A stretch of DNA of 64,000 nucleotides from positions 111,805-175,804 of the forward strand of contig CAVUXE010000058.1 in assembly GCA_963745235.1 (NCBI GenBank). Direction: 5' to 3'. Positions within the stretch are counted from its first letter, which is position 1; every line of letters begins with the position of its first letter. Shown piece after piece: positions 1 to 12,402 of the stretch. The notes under the pieces are model-generated. The model searched no databases. It was given only the letters and a program-made list of their open reading frames with translations, and had not been told where the DNA came from. Made by a program: the position numbers and the translations under genes. The stretch is from an uncultured Spirochaetota bacterium (GTDB lineage: Bacteria > Spirochaetota > Spirochaetia > SZUA-6 > Fen-1364).

Positions 1-365
1 ACGGTCATGTCCTGCAGGTGACATTCCCCGCCCTCGTCGCAGATGGGGCAGTCATGGGGATGGTTCACCATGAGCCACTCTGTGACTCGTGCCCGCATCT
101 CCGAGGCCTCGGGATCATCCACGGCGACGCGCATCCCGTCGGTGACCGGCGTCATACAGGACATGACGATGCGTCCCCGGGTGTCGGCGGCGTCACGGAA
201 CACCTTGACCGCGCACTGCCGGCAGGCGCCCACGGAGTGCAGCGCGGGATGCCAGCAAAAGTAGGGGAGATTGAAACCAAGGGAGAGGCACACGTGGAGG
301 AGGTTCTTGCCCTCACCCTCCACATCGTACCTGCGTCCATCGATCGTTATGGCCAGTTGCTTCAT
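1..365 (-). CDS. nuoG: NADH-quinone oxidoreductase subunit G, N-terminal part (runs off window)
   Basis: Manual translation from ATG 365: [54 protein letters not shown], the NuoG 2Fe-2S motif; ATGA overlap with the nuoF stop. Confidence 0.93.
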   Translation of the reverse strand, partial: MKQLAITIDGRRYDVEGEGKNLLHVCLSLGFNLPYFCWHPALHSVGACRQCAVKVFRDAADTRGRIVMSCMTPVTDGMRVAVDDPEASEMRARVTEWLMVNHPHDCPICDEGGECHLQDMT

Positions 366-1630
366 TTGAAGGGGCACCTCTTCTGGCGGACATGGGCGTC
401 GAAGTCTTCGCGGAAGAGCCGCAGCGCGCTCTGCAGAGGCTCCACGGCCCCCGGGGCCAGGGCGCAGAACGTACGGCCGGGGCCGAGGAGCCTCCCGTGC
501 TGTTCAAGAATCTCGATGTCCCGCTGCTCCCCCGTGCCATCTTCCAGGGCCTGGAGGATCCGCGCGACCCACGGAAGGCCTTCACGGCAGGGGGTGCACC
601 ATCCGCAGGACTCGCGGGCGAAGAACTTCTCCAGGCTGAGCAGCATCCCGATGGGGCAGGTGCGATGGTCCAGGACGACGACTGTGCCCGTCCCGAGCCG
701 GCTCCCCGCCTTGGCCACGGAATCGAAATCCATTTTCACATCCAGCTGGTCCGCGGTGAGAAAATCCGTGGATGCGCCTCCCGGGATGAGGCCGCGCAGC
801 GAGAGCCCGTCCGCCATTCCCCCGGCGTGCTCGTAGATGATCTCCCGCAGCGTCGTGCCCATGGGGAGCTCCCAGAGGCCCGGCTTCTTCACTTTGCCGC
901 TCACACCGTATATCTTCGTTCCCGCGTCAGGAGAGGCGCTCAGCGTCTTGTACCAGTCCGGGCCCTCTCGAAGGATATGGGGGACGTTGCTCAGCGTCTC
1001 CACGTTGTTGACAACTGTCGGCCTGCCCCACAAACCGCTCACCTGGGGGAACGGCGGCTTGTTGCGCGGTATTGCGCGCCGTCCCTCCAGCGCATTCAGA
1101 AGCCCTGTTTCCTCACCGCACATGTACCTGCCGGCGCTCAGGTGCAGCCGCATCTCCAGGCCCCATGAGGAGCCCAGGATTCCTTTTCCGAGGTAGCCGC
1201 GCTGGTACGCTTCCGCAATGGCTTTCTCAATGTTTCTGGCCGCTGCTGTATATTCGCGCCGCAGGAAGATGTAGGCGATGTCAGCCTTGACGGCCCACGC
1301 GGCGATGATGGTCCCCTCGATGAGCTGATGCGTGTTGCCTTCCAGGAGGAGACGGTCCTTCATGGTGCCCGGCTCTTTCTCGTCAGCGTTGACCACGACA
1401 TAGCGGTGTCCCGCCGTGTCATCCATGGGAACGAAGCTCCACTTCTGTCCCGTGGGGAACCCCGCGCCGCCCCTGCCGCGCAGGCCGGACTTTATCACGG
1501 TCTGCTGGACGTCCTGCGGACTTGCGCCCAGCGCCTTGCGAAGCCCCTGGTATCCGCCGGCGGCTTCATAGGCGCGCACATCCAGGTAGGAGCGGTCAGG
1601 CCGGATATCAGCCGTGAGCGGTGTGGGCAT
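362..1630 (-). CDS. nuoF: NADH-quinone oxidoreductase subunit F
   Basis: [28 protein letters not shown] and [12 protein letters not shown] motifs; start placed at MPTPLT. Confidence 0.96.
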   Translation of the reverse strand: MPTPLTADIRPDRSYLDVRAYEAAGGYQGLRKALGASPQDVQQTVIKSGLRGRGGAGFPTGQKWSFVPMDDTAGHRYVVVNADEKEPGTMKDRLLLEGNTHQLIEGTIIAAWAVKADIAYIFLRREYTAAARNIEKAIAEAYQRGYLGKGILGSSWGLEMRLHLSAGRYMCGEETGLLNALEGRRAIPRNKPPFPQVSGLWGRPTVVNNVETLSNVPHILREGPDWYKTLSASPDAGTKIYGVSGKVKKPGLWELPMGTTLREIIYEHAGGMADGLSLRGLIPGGASTDFLTADQLDVKMDFDSVAKAGSRLGTGTVVVLDHRTCPIGMLLSLEKFFARESCGWCTPCREGLPWVARILQALEDGTGEQRDIEILEQHGRLLGPGRTFCALAPGAVEPLQSALRLFREDFDAHVRQKRCPFK

Positions 1631-2102
1631 CGGATTCCTTTCTGCATCTGGCAATGATCTCATCCGCCCGCTCGGGCGTGATGTCCTCATGGATCTCACC
1701 GTCCACCAGCAGGGCGGGCCCCCTGTCGCATGCGCCGAGGCAGCCGACAGGGATGAGCGTGAACATCCCGTCAGCGGTCGTGCCGCCCATCTCCACGCCC
1801 AGGCGTGTGCGCAGGTGGTCCGAGATCCGCTGCTCTCCCATGACGAAACAGCTCACGCTGTCGCACACCATGATCACGTGCTTTCCCACGGGGCTGCGGA
1901 ACACGAGGTCGTAGAAGGTCGCAATCCCGTCCACCTCCTCAACCGTCATCCCGAGCGCTTCAGCAACGTCGGATATCGCCTCGGAGGAAACCCAGCCCCG
2001 GCTTTCCTGGAGGATCATGAGCGCCTCGGAGACCGCTCCCCGTTTCTGCTCGTGGTGCCGCGTTTCCGCCTCAATGAGCTGTCTTTCCTTCTCGCTCAGC
2101 AT
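1608..2102 (-). CDS. nuoE: NADH-quinone oxidoreductase subunit E
   Basis: CDSVSC...CLGACD 2Fe-2S motif, ATFY motif, operon position. Confidence 0.95.
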   Translation of the reverse strand: MLSEKERQLIEAETRHHEQKRGAVSEALMILQESRGWVSSEAISDVAEALGMTVEEVDGIATFYDLVFRSPVGKHVIMVCDSVSCFVMGEQRISDHLRTRLGVEMGGTTADGMFTLIPVGCLGACDRGPALLVDGEIHEDITPERADEIIARCRKESDAHTAHG

Positions 2103-2117
2103 GTCCTTCTCATTCCC

Positions 2118-3862
2118 CTACCGGTCCAGGTCTGCGAGCACGTAGTCGATGCTCCCGAGAATGGTCACGAGATCCGGCACCGTCAGCCCGCGGCTCATCA
2201 TGGGCACCATCTGGATGTGCGCGAATGACGGCGTTCTGATGCGGGTCCGATAGCTCATGGTGCCCCCGTCGCTGACAAGATAATAGCCATGGTTTCCCTT
2301 GGATCCCTCGGTCACGAAGGTCGCTTCCCCGGGAGGTATCACGGGACCCCAGCTCACGCCGAGGAAATGATTGATGAGCGTCTCGATGTCGTGCATCGTG
2401 CGCTCCTTGCGCGGCGGGGTGGCCAGGGGATGGTCCGACTTGTAGGGTCCGCCAGGCATGCCGGCGAGGCATTGCTCGATGATCCGCAGGCTCTGGTGCA
2501 TCTCCTCCACGTGCACCGCGAGGCGGTCATAGGAGTCCCCGTGCGTTGCTGTGGGCACATCGAACTGGAACATATCGTAGCCGCCGTAGGGACGGTTCTT
2601 GCGGATGTCGTAGCTCACGCCGCTTCCCCGCAGGAACGGGCCCGTGGCGCCCCACTCCAGCGCCTCCCGGGCGCTCACCGTGCCAATCCCGACCATGCGG
2701 GCCTTCACAATCCGGTTCTTCATGACGGAGGCGTCGTAGTCCCTCAGCCTCTTGTGCATGTAAGCGCAGAAGTCCCGCACCATGGTGTCCCAGCCGGTCG
2801 GGAGGTCCTGGGCTACCCCGCCGATTCGAAACCACGCGGGGTGCATCCGACCGCCGGTGACCGCCTCCACAATGTCGAACGCGCGCTCCCGGTCAGTGAA
2901 CATCCAGAATACCATGGACATCTGGCCGAGATCCGCGGTGAAGGTGCCGAAGTAGACGAGATGGCTGATGATGCGGAAGATCTCCGCCATCATGATCCGG
3001 ATCACCTTCGCCCTGTCGGGGACCGTGATTCCCGCGAGGGTCTCGACCGCCAGGACGTAGGGGAAATTGTTCAGCACGCCGCCCAGGTAGTCGATGCGGT
3101 CAGTGTAGGGGATGTAGGTGTGCCAGCTCTGGCGTTCTCCCATTTTTTCCGCGCCGCGGTGATGGAAGCCAATCTCGGGCACGACATCCACGATCTCTTC
3201 TCCGTCCAGCTGCGTGACGAAGCGAAGGACGCCGTGCGTGGACGGGTGCTGGGGCCCGAAGTTCAGGAACATGAACTCGTGCTCCTGGCTTTCCCGCTTC
3301 ATGCCCCAGTCCTCGGGACGGAACTCCATCATGGTAAGCATCCGGGCGGCGTCCTCGCTGGACATCTGGAATGGTCCCATCTCGGTTGCGCGCGCCGGGT
3401 GCTCCTTTCGCAGGGGGTGGCCCTCCCACCAGGGCGGCATCAGGATGCGGAAGAGGTGGGGATGGCCGTCGAACGTGATGCCGAACATGTCCCAGACCTC
3501 GCGCTCGTACCAGTCCGCGTTGGAGTAAACGGTAGTCACGAGCCAACGGATGGGTGCTCGCCGGAAAGGGCAACTTTGATCCGGACGTCCTGGTTGCGCT
3601 CCAGGGACAGCAGATGGTAGACGACGGTGAAGTCGGAGGGCGGCTGGCCTTCCCGGTGCACCCGTGTCCGCTCATCAATGGCCGTGATGTCCCACAACAT
3701 CGGGTAGGCACCCTTCGGCGAGCTCTTCAGGTAGCGAAGGACAGCTGCCAGGAGCTCGGAGCTCACCCACGCGGTCGGGATGCCATCCCTCGTGGGCTGG
3801 GCAAGAACGGCCGCCTGGCCGAAGCGATCAGCGAGCTCCTGCAGCAACCCCGTTGATCGCAT
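2118..3862 (-). CDS. nuoC: Fused NADH-quinone oxidoreductase subunit C/D (frameshift near 3540)
   Basis: ORF 3536-3862 is the NuoC N-terminus; ORF 2118-3539 continues NuoC ([18 protein letters not shown]) directly into NuoD ([11 protein letters not shown] ... DYVLADLDR). Confidence 0.92.
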
Positions 3863-3892
3863 GAACTTTCCTTCACTTTCCCGAGCCGCGGG

Positions 3893-4492
3893 CTACAGCC
3901 CGTCCGGCGATCGAAGATCCGTCTGCTTCTGCCGCTCGGGCCGCATGGCGTCCCTGAGGGACGGCTTGGCGGACCGGACGACCCCCTGCGGTCCCACCAG
4001 CCAGGAAAGCGGCCGCTTCTCGCTGGCCACCGCTTCTCCCAGAAGCACGAGACCGCGCATGAATGCATCAGGGCTCGGCGGGCAGCCCTGTACATAGACG
4101 TCGACGGGAAGGAAAGTGTCGACTCCCTGCACGACGCTGTAGATGTCGTACATGCCCCCCGATCCCGCGCAGGAGCCCATGCAGATGACCCAGCGGGGCT
4201 CCATCATCTGCTCGTACATGTGCAGGACAAGGGGCGCCATCTTCACGAACACGGTGCCGGCAACCACCATCAGGTCCGCCTCCCGGGGGGACCCGCGGAT
4301 GATTTCCGACCCGAACCGTGCGATGTCGTACTTGCTCGTGATGGAGGTTGCCATCTCCACGTAGCAGCAGGAGAGGCCGAAATTGAAGGGCCAGATGGAG
4401 TACTTGCGGCTCCAGGCCAGGAGGTCTGCCCTGCGGGCAAGGTACAGGTCTCCGTACGTCGATGCCCGGACTCCCGCTGATTCAGCGTGCAC
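3893..4492 (-). CDS. nuoB: NADH-quinone oxidoreductase subunit B
   Basis: [19 protein letters not shown] and GCPP N2-cluster motifs. Confidence 0.95.
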   Translation of the reverse strand: MHAESAGVRASTYGDLYLARRADLLAWSRKYSIWPFNFGLSCCYVEMATSITSKYDIARFGSEIIRGSPREADLMVVAGTVFVKMAPLVLHMYEQMMEPRWVICMGSCAGSGGMYDIYSVVQGVDTFLPVDVYVQGCPPSPDAFMRGLVLLGEAVASEKRPLSWLVGPQGVVRSAKPSLRDAMRPERQKQTDLRSPDGL

Positions 4493-4886
4493 TGCTCACC
4501 CCATGCCTTTCCCGGTGCTCGCGAAGCCTGCGCGCTCCCCAGGCGAAAGCGCCCATCCTCCACAGGTATGCAAGCCCGACCACTGTCTCGATCATGAACA
4601 CGAGGATGGCCGCATAGCCCACCCAGCCCAGCTGGCGCACCGCAACAGCCCAGGCAAAGAGGAAGACAGCGGAGACGTCGAAGATGACGAAGAACATCGA
4701 TACAAGATAGAAATCCGCCGAAAAGCGAAGCCGGGCGGAACCGGTGGGCGTCACGCCGGATTCGTAGGGGTCAGCGGTCCCCTTCTGGAGGTGCCGCTCT
4801 CCCGAGAGGTGCGTCACCACCATGAGAAGCCCGACGAGCACGATCACCACGGCAAGGTAGGCAGCCAGCGACAGCAGTGCGTTCAT
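4482..4886 (-). CDS. nuoA: NADH-quinone oxidoreductase subunit A
   Basis: PYESG loop, [13 protein letters not shown], three hydrophobic segments. Confidence 0.92.
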   Translation of the reverse strand: MNALLSLAAYLAVVIVLVGLLMVVTHLSGERHLQKGTADPYESGVTPTGSARLRFSADFYLVSMFFVIFDVSAVFLFAWAVAVRQLGWVGYAAILVFMIETVVGLAYLWRMGAFAWGARRLREHRERHGVSSAR

Positions 4887-5004
4887 TTGCTCTCCGCGCG
4901 ACCACGGCTTCGCCGTGGCATTCTGCGTGCGATCGACGTTCGACGATGCCACGGTGAAGCCGTGGCGGTAATCGCCTAAAATCTATTCACGCGGCGGCGC
5001 GGAG

Positions 5005-5863
5005 TCAAGGAATCGCTTGCGCAATCACGTAATCGAGGAGATCGTGAAGGCTTTTGCGGTATCTCGTATCCGGAAGGGACGCAATCCCCTCTTGCGCGCT
5101 CTGCGCGTGCCGCAGGGCTTTTGCGCGGAGGTCCACGGCGGACTCCAGCCCATGATCCTGGTCCATCACGTCATCTATCATCTGGAATGTGAGGCCGAAG
5201 TCCAGGCCAAGGCCGCTCAGCCTGGCCACCGTGTCCCCGGCCGCCTCCCCGAGCAGCGCGGCGGTCCTGCAGCATGCGGAAAAGAGGACCGCGGTCTTGT
5301 CCGTCGCTATCTCTTCGTAGAGGTCGAAAGGCAGGGGACGCGCGCTGGCCCGGGCTTCCTGGGCAATGATCTCACCCATGCACATGGCCTTGGTGGTTTC
5401 CAGGAAGACATCCAGCATCGCGAAGCGTTTGCGGGCGTCGATCCGGGAGAGACCGGTAATGAGCGTGAAGAAATGCGTGTACAGGATGTCCCCCGCCAGG
5501 ACGGCTATCCTGTTGCCGAACCGTTTGTTCAGGCTCACCTGGTGACGACGAGAGTCCGCCCCGTCAATGACATCGTCATGGACCAGGGAGGCGGCGTGGA
5601 GCACTTCCACCGCCGCGGCAAGGGACACCAACGAATCGCTGTCCGCGCTGGCCCCCAGCGCGCGGTAGGACAACAGCACCATTGCCCGGTCGTATCCTCT
5701 TGCCCGGCACCGCGAAGGGGTGCTGCACGATCCCGCCGAGGATCCCGAGCCGGGTCCGGCGCGGGTCCATCTCCGAGCCGACGTGCTCCATGAGGCTTTT
5801 CAGCTCCGCATCCACCGCGTTCATGTCATCCTGAAGGGGCTCGAACACCTTGTCCAGGGTCAT
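5005..5863 (-). CDS. Polyprenyl diphosphate synthase (frameshift near 5690)
   Basis: GKRIRP in ORF 5576-5863; LVHDDVID and FQMIDD aspartate-rich motifs in ORF 5005-5682. Confidence 0.88.
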
Positions 5864-6616
5864 GGGTTTGCTCCCGCCCCCCGTGGGGTGCGCCCGATGT
5901 GCAGGTAGGCCGCGCCGAAAGTGAGCGCGTGGTAGACGACACGCTCCAGCCCCGCGGTCCTCATGAGATCACGGAGGCCCCGGGGAGCGGGGAAGCTTCG
6001 GATGGAGTCAGCCAGATACCAGTAGGCGCTGCCGTTGGTTGCCAGGAGCCGCGCGATCCGCGGCAGGACACTGCCGAGGTAGACGCCGTAGATGGCGCGA
6101 AACGCGCGGACCGGGGCGAAGGTCATCTCCAGCACCATGACCTGGCCGCCCGGGACCGTGACCCGCGCCATCTCCCGGAAGGGCCGCCAGCTTGTCTGGA
6201 ATGTTTCGCATCCCGAACGCGACGGCGGTCACATCGAAGCTTTTGTCCGCGAAAGGGAGGGCAAGCGCATCCCCGCAGAGGAGCGTAACCCGGTCACCCA
6301 GGCCTCTTGCCTGCACTTTCTTTCTGGCGATTTCGAGCATCGGCTCGGCGAAGTCAATGCCGGTGACGCGGAGGGCAGGGTATTTCCGCGCAGCCTCGAG
6401 AGCGAGGTCTGCCGTGCCTGTTGCCACGTCGAGGAATCTCCCGGGGGCGCGATGGCGCATCTTCTCCACCGTGAACCGACGCCACCCCACGTCGCGCCGC
6501 AGGCTGAGAAAGTGATTGAGGAAGTCATACCTCTCGTGCGCTGTCGTGAAGATGTCTTTCACGACGCCGGTCTGACCCGCCTGACTCATGGACCGCAGCG
6601 GTGGGTAGTTTCGCAT
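5860..6616 (-). CDS. ubiE: Demethylmenaquinone/ubiquinone methyltransferase UbiE/MenG (frameshift near 6180)
   Basis: YDFLNHFLS, LDVATGTAD, FGMRN and YLADSI motifs across two frames. Confidence 0.9.
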
Positions 6617-6652
6617 TGTCTCCAGCGGAATATACCAAAACCCCGTCAAATG

Positions 6653-6693
6653 AAAAGCCCCGCTCCATTCATCTACGAGGAAAGGAGCGGGGC
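6653..6693 (-). terminator. Intrinsic terminator downstream of ppdK
   Basis: GCCCCGCTCC...GGAGCGGGGC stem followed by TTTT on the minus strand. Confidence 0.6.
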
Positions 6694-6713
6694 CGGATGT
6701 CCGACCGACCAGG

Positions 6714-6910
6714 CTATCTCTTGCGGGCAGCGGCTTTCTTGGCGGCAGCTTTCCGCGGCAGCGCGGCCTTCTTGACGGCGACTTTCCGAGCGGGCGCCTT
6801 CTTTGCAGCCGCCTTCTTCGCGGGGGCTTTCTTCGCCGGCGCCTTCGTCGCCGGTGCTTTCTTTGCCGCCGCGGCCTTTGCGGGCTTCGCTGCCGGCGCC
6901 TTCGGGGCGG
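6714..6910 (-). repeat. Low-complexity PAKK/AAKK coding repeats (histone-H1-like tail of PpdK)
   Basis: [47 protein letters not shown]... Confidence 0.85.
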
Positions 6911-9642
6911 AGTCAGCGACAGCCTCCTGCGCAGCGGCCAGCTTCGCGAGCGGCACGCGGTAGGGCGAGCAGGACACGTAGTTCATCCCGACCCTGTGGC
7001 AGAACTTCACGGACTCGGGGTCCCCTCCGTGCTCTCCGCAGATGCCGATTTTCAGTGTCGGCTTCACCGCGCGTCCTTTTGTGATGCCCATCTTGATGAG
7101 CTCTCCGATCCCCTCCTGGTCCAGGGTCTGGAAGGGGTCTGCGGGAAGGATCTTCTTTTCCAGGTACTTGGGGACGAAGCTGCCGATGTCGTCTCGGGAG
7201 AACCCGAATCCCATCTGGGTCAGGTCGTTTGTCCCGAAGGAGAAGAACTCGCACACGCCGGCGAACTTGTCCGCGGTAACGGCCGCGCGGGGTATCTCTA
7301 TCATGGTGCCGACAATCAGCGGCAGCTTGGACTTGGGCAGGCCGAACTTCGCGATGACCTTGTCGTAGACCCTGTCGATGAGCTTCTTCTGATCCACGAT
7401 CTCCGTCATCACGGAGGTGACAGGGATCATGATTTCCGGCCTTCGCGTTCCTGCCGGCCTGGTTGAGCTCCGCGGCCGCCTCCAGGATGGCCTGGGTCTG
7501 GACCTCCGTCATTTCGGGATACGAGATCCCGAGGCGCACACCCCTGTGGCCCATCATGGGGTTGGACTCGTGGAGGCTGTCAGCCCGGGCGTTGAACTCC
7601 TCCGTGCTGATCCCGAGGTCCGCGGCGAGCTTCTGGCGCTCATCAAGCCGATTGGGGACGAACTCGTGCAGGGGAGGATCCAGGAACCGGAAGGTGACGG
7701 GCAGCCCGTCCATGACCTCCATGGTCTTCTTGACGTCATCCTTCATGAAGGGGAACAGCTCCTCCAGCGCCCTGCGCCTCTCCGCTTCCGTCTTGGACAC
7801 GATCATCCTTCGCAGGAGGAAAAGCGGCTTGTCCGACCCCTCACCATAGAACATGTGCTCGAAGCGGAAAAGCCCGATCCCTTCCGCCCCGAACTCGCGG
7901 GCCCTCTTTGCGTCCTGGGGGTTGTCCGCGTTCGTGCGCACGCCCAGCCTCTTCACCTTGTCGCACATGGTCATGAAGGCGACGAAATTGGGGTTTTCCC
8001 CTGCCGCCTTGATCAGCGGGAGCGCGCCGGCGTACACGTTGCCCTTGGTCCCGTTCAGGGAGAGCCAGTCTCCTTCCCGAAGGACCGTGCCCTTCACGGA
8101 AACCTGGCGCTTGTCCATCTCCACCTTCACCTCCGAGGCGCCGACGATGCAGCACTTGCCCCAGCCGCGCGCCACGAGGGCCGCGTGGGACGTCATACCG
8201 CCGCGCGCCGTGAGGATTCCTTCCGCCGCGCGCATGCCTTCCACGTCCTCCGGGTTGGTCTCTTCCCGCACGAGGATGACCTTCTTTCCCAGCTTCGCCT
8301 GGGCCACGGCGTCGTTTGCCGTGAGGACGATCTGTCCGACCGCGCCTCCGGGGCCGGCGGGAAGCCCCCTGGCCACGACCGCGGCTGACGCCTCCTTGGC
8401 GGGGTCTATGATGGGGTGGAGCAGCTCGTCCAGCTGGGAAGGGGTGATCCGTGTGACCGCCTCTTCAGCGGTGGTGAGCTTCTCCTTCACCATTTCAACT
8501 GCCATGCGCACCGCCGCAGGGCCGTTCCTCTTTCCGACCCGGCACTGCAGCATCCAGAGCTTGCCCTTTTCAATGGTGAACTCCAGGTCCAGCATGTCGT
8601 GGTAGTGCTTCTCCAGCCGCAGCTCAATGGCGTGCAGCTCGCCGTAGATCTTTGCGAACTGTTTCTCCAGGGACGGCAGGCCGGCGGTATGCTCCGTCTT
8701 TCCGGCTTCGTTGATAGGATACGGGGTTCGGATCCCCGCAACCACGTCCTCCCCCTGCGCGTTCGGCAGCCACTCTCCGTAGAATACGTTTTCCCCGGTT
8801 GCAGGGTTGCGGGTGAACGCGACGCCCGTCCCCGAGTCGTTGCCCATGTTGCCGAACACCATTGACTGCACGGTGACGGCCGTTCCCCATTCGTCGGGGA
8901 TCCCCTCGATGCGGCGGTAGGAGATGGCCCGCTTCCCGTTCCAGCTCTGGAACACGGCGCGGACTCCTCCCCACAGCTGCTCTTTGGCGTCTTCCGGGAA
9001 GTCCTTGCCGAGCACTTCCCGCACCTTCGCCTTGTAGATCCTGATGAGGCTCTTGAGGTCTTCCGCGGACAGGTCAGTGTCCTGCTTCGCGCCCTTGGCA
9101 TGCTTGACCTTTTCCAGCTCCCGCTCCAGCTGCTGGCGGATCCCCATGCCCTCGGCGGGTTCGATCCCTTCCGCCTTCTCCATGACGACATCGGAATACA
9201 TCTGAATGAGGCGGCGATACGCGTCGTAGACGAAACGGGGGTTGCCCGTTGCCTTGATGATCCCTTCCGCCGTCTTCTCGTTCAGGCCAACGTTGAGGAC
9301 CGTCTCCATCATGCCGGGCATGGACTTGCGGGCTCCCGAGCGCACGGAGACCAGGAGAGGGTTGGAGGGGTCCCCGAACTTGTGGCCCATGATCTTTTCA
9401 ATATGGGCAAGACCGGCCGCCACCTGCTGGTCCAGGCCCGCCGGGTACTTCCCTTTGTTCTGGAAGAAGTGCGTGCATACCTCCGTGGTGATCGTGAATC
9501 CTGCCGGGACGGGGAGCCGCAGGTCCGGATGGCCTGCCATTTCCGCCAGGTTGGCTCCCTTGCCGCCGAGAAGATTCTTCATCTTCTCATTGCCGTCGGC
9601 CCTCCCGCCGCCGAAGAGATAGACGTACTTCGCTGCGCTCAT
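6714..9642 (-). CDS. ppdK: Pyruvate, phosphate dikinase with Lys/Ala-rich C-terminal tail (frameshift near 7435)
   Basis: [20 protein letters not shown] phospho-His motif, [20 protein letters not shown]. Confidence 0.96.
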
Positions 9643-9828
9643 ATTCGACTGCCCCTTTCTCTACGATTGAAATGACTGGATTGCATGATGTAGTGACTTG
9701 TGATAGCCTAATCAATACCCCGAAGGCTGAAGCAAAGTCAAGCCGCGCTCCTCCTGAGCGCCCGCCGGGGAACTTCTGCAAGGGATAGCAAAGCCCCAGG
9801 GCTTGATCTAACGACGGAGGAAATCGAT

Positions 9829-10407
9829 ATGGATAAATCGGTCAAGGGCTCGAAAACCGAGCAGAACCTGCTCAAGGCTTTTGCGGGGGAATCCCAGGCG
9901 CGAAATCGCTACACGTATTTCGCCAGCGCCGCCCGAAAAGAGGGATTCCAGCAGATCGCCAACATCTTCCAGGAAACGGCGGACAACGAAAAAGAGCACG
10001 CGAAGGTCTTCTTCTCTCACCTGGAGGGTGGTGCCCTGGAGGTCACGGCGATGTTCCCGTCCGGGGCCATCATGGACACGAAGATGAATCTCCAGGCGGC
10101 GGCAGAGGGGGAGCTCGAAGAGTGGACAGCCCTGTACCCGGTATTCGGAAAGACTGCCCGGGAAGAGGGCTTCCCGGAGGTTGCCAGGTCATTCGAGCAG
10201 GTGGCCAAGGCGGAGAAGTTCCACGAATCGCGCTACCGCAGGCTCCTGGACAACGTGGCCAACGGGGAGGTCTTCAAGAAGAAGACCGCGGTGAGGTGGC
10301 ACTGCATCAACTGCGGATACATCTTCGAGGGGCCGGAACCCCCGAAGGAATGCCCGGCGTGCAAGCACCCCCAGGCTTTCTATGAGCTTCTCGCGGAGAA
10401 CTACTAG
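9829..10407 (+). CDS. rbr: Rubrerythrin
   Basis: [18 protein letters not shown] diiron motifs and C-terminal CxxC...CxxC rubredoxin-like domain. Confidence 0.95.
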   Translation: MDKSVKGSKTEQNLLKAFAGESQARNRYTYFASAARKEGFQQIANIFQETADNEKEHAKVFFSHLEGGALEVTAMFPSGAIMDTKMNLQAAAEGELEEWTALYPVFGKTAREEGFPEVARSFEQVAKAEKFHESRYRRLLDNVANGEVFKKKTAVRWHCINCGYIFEGPEPPKECPACKHPQAFYELLAENY

Positions 10408-10470
10408 ACCATAGATCCCTCGGCGCGCGAAAGCGCGGCAGTCGCGCGCCCTGTCAGTGTCGGCCTTGCA

Positions 10471-11010
10471 ATGCCCATGGCTGTGCTCCTTGGTGTCGAC
10501 ATAGGCTCAGTCTCGATATCAGTCGCGCTCGTCAGCGGGGAGGAGATCCTCCGTACCGGGCACCGCGCCCACGGCGGGAAAGTCCGGGAGGCGCTTCACG
10601 GATGGCGCGCTCCCTTCTTTCCTGCAACATCGGGATGTTCCCCTCGTTCATCAAGAGCCTCATGGAAGCCCGGGGATGCGGGATGGAGAAGGTCGAGGTG
10701 TTTCCCGGGAGCGCCTTCTGCATCGACGTCTCCCTCCGGGCCAGCATCAACGCATACCGGGCCTACCTGGCCGGCGGGCTCCTGCGGCGCCTTGGGTGCA
10801 GGCTGCGCCCCCGTGAGAAAGAGCCTGGAGCGACGGATGACGCCATTTCCCGGTCGCTTGCACTCCTCCTGCCGGCGTTCGAAGGCCGATCTTCGATGCA
10901 TGAAGCGATGCAGAACGTTGCGGCCCTCTTTGCCGGGATTCGGACCGCGGAGGCTGATCTGCCTAAAGTGGCGATTTTTGGAGACCTCTATGTCCGCGGC
11001 CGCGGGTTAG
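10471..11010 (+). pseudogene. Internally deleted acyl-CoA dehydratase activase (BadF/BcrAD-type) fusion remnant
   Basis: N-terminal LGVDIGSVSIS ASKHA motif joined within ~130 nt to a C-terminal-type segment ending PKVAIFGDLYVR; no proper end before murD. Confidence 0.6.
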
Positions 11011-12402
11011 CCCGAGGTAGCCTCCAGCACGGTCTGCTTGAACATCGCGCCCCTCTCGAACTCGTTTCGAAACATGCCGAAGGAGGTGCAGCCCGGGGAG
11101 AACAGCACCGCGGCCTTCTCCTCTCCGCCGCCCGCCGCCGAGAGGGCGGTGTCCACCGCGCTGGCAAGGTCTCCGAAAGGGCCTTCGTAGGCCACTCCTT
11201 CCCTGTCCAGCAGGGACCGTATCTTCTCCGTGCCGCTTCCCGCAAGGAGCACGAGGGCGCGCGGCACGCTGGCGATCTCCAACAGCGGGGAGAAGTCGAT
11301 GTTCTTGTCAGTGCCCCCCATGATGAGGATGACGGGGGGTTCGATCGACTTGACGGCCTGCACGGTTGCCTGCGGGATGGTCGCAGCAGAGTCGTTGTAA
11401 AACCTCAGCTTTTTCCATTGATGGAACATCTCCAGCCTGTGCTCGACCCCGGGAAACTCCGCCAGCGCTCTGCGGACCACCTCCGCCTTGACCCCATAGA
11501 TCTGAAGGACCAGGCCCGCGCAGAGGAGATTGACCGCGTTGTGAACCCCCGGCAGCCGCTTTTCGCAGAGTATGGTCTTCTCATCCCCGGCCAGGCGCAC
11601 CTTTCCCTTCTCCCCGTCCAGCCAGGCCCCGCGCAGCCCGTCCGGGAGATCCGATGCGGAGTAGAAGAAAGGCTGGGCCCGCGTCTCCCGGGGGAACTCG
11701 CGCTGCCACGGGTCGTCGAGGTTGAAGACTGCCTTCTGGTCTTCCCGCTGCTCCTGGTAGATGGCTTTCTTGTCCGCGACGTACTCCCGCATCCCGCGTA
11801 CTTGTCCAGGTGATCGGGCAGGATCACCGTGAAGACGGAGACTGCCGGGCGGAGGATGCCGCGGCCGCGCAGGTCTCCGAGCTGCCAGGAGGAAAGCTCC
11901 AGGACCACCGGGCGTGCGGGGGTCTATCGTATCCAGGAAAGCCAGGGGGGAGACGGTGATGTTTCCCGCCAGGCGGTGCGCCGGGAAGCACCCTGCCAAG
12001 GCCGAAGGCGATGGCCGAGGCGGTGGTGGATTTTCCCTTGGATCCGGTGACGGCGATGATCGGGTTCTTTGCCAGGGAGAGGAAGATGGAAAGGTCCGTC
12101 TCGATGGGCATGCCCCGGGCTTGCGGCTTCCAAGAACCGGGAGGCGGGAGGAACCGCCGGATTCTTGATGACGAGGTCAGTCGCCCGTGAAGTCCTGCTC
12201 CTCATGCTTCTCAAGGACGTAGCGCACCGGCAGCCCGGAGAGCTTTTCGATGGAGTCCTTGAGCAGCGCTTCCGCGCGCAGGTCCGTCACGGTCACCTGG
12301 GCCCCGTGATTCGCGAAGAAACTGCGCGGATGCAAGGCCGCCGCCGTTGATCCCCAGCCCCATGACGGTGACCTTCATGCCGTGAAAACGCCTCTGCGTC
12401 AA
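11007..12402 (-). CDS. murD: UDP-N-acetylmuramoyl-L-alanine--D-glutamate ligase (several frameshifts)
   Basis: VMGLGINGGG, AVTGSKGKSTT, VLELSSWQL, HRLE, NDSAAT, SPGCTSFGMF pieces in successive frames. Confidence 0.92.

Noticed and set aside
3530-7440. Programmed ribosomal frameshifting in nuoCD, ubiE or ppdK
   Set aside because: No consistent slippery sequence or stimulatory structure; frameshifts are spread through unrelated genes, consistent with sequencing error
9698-9715. Rex-like box TTGTGATAGCCTAATCAA between ppdK and rubrerythrin
   Set aside because: The right half-site matches TTCACAA poorly; not supportable
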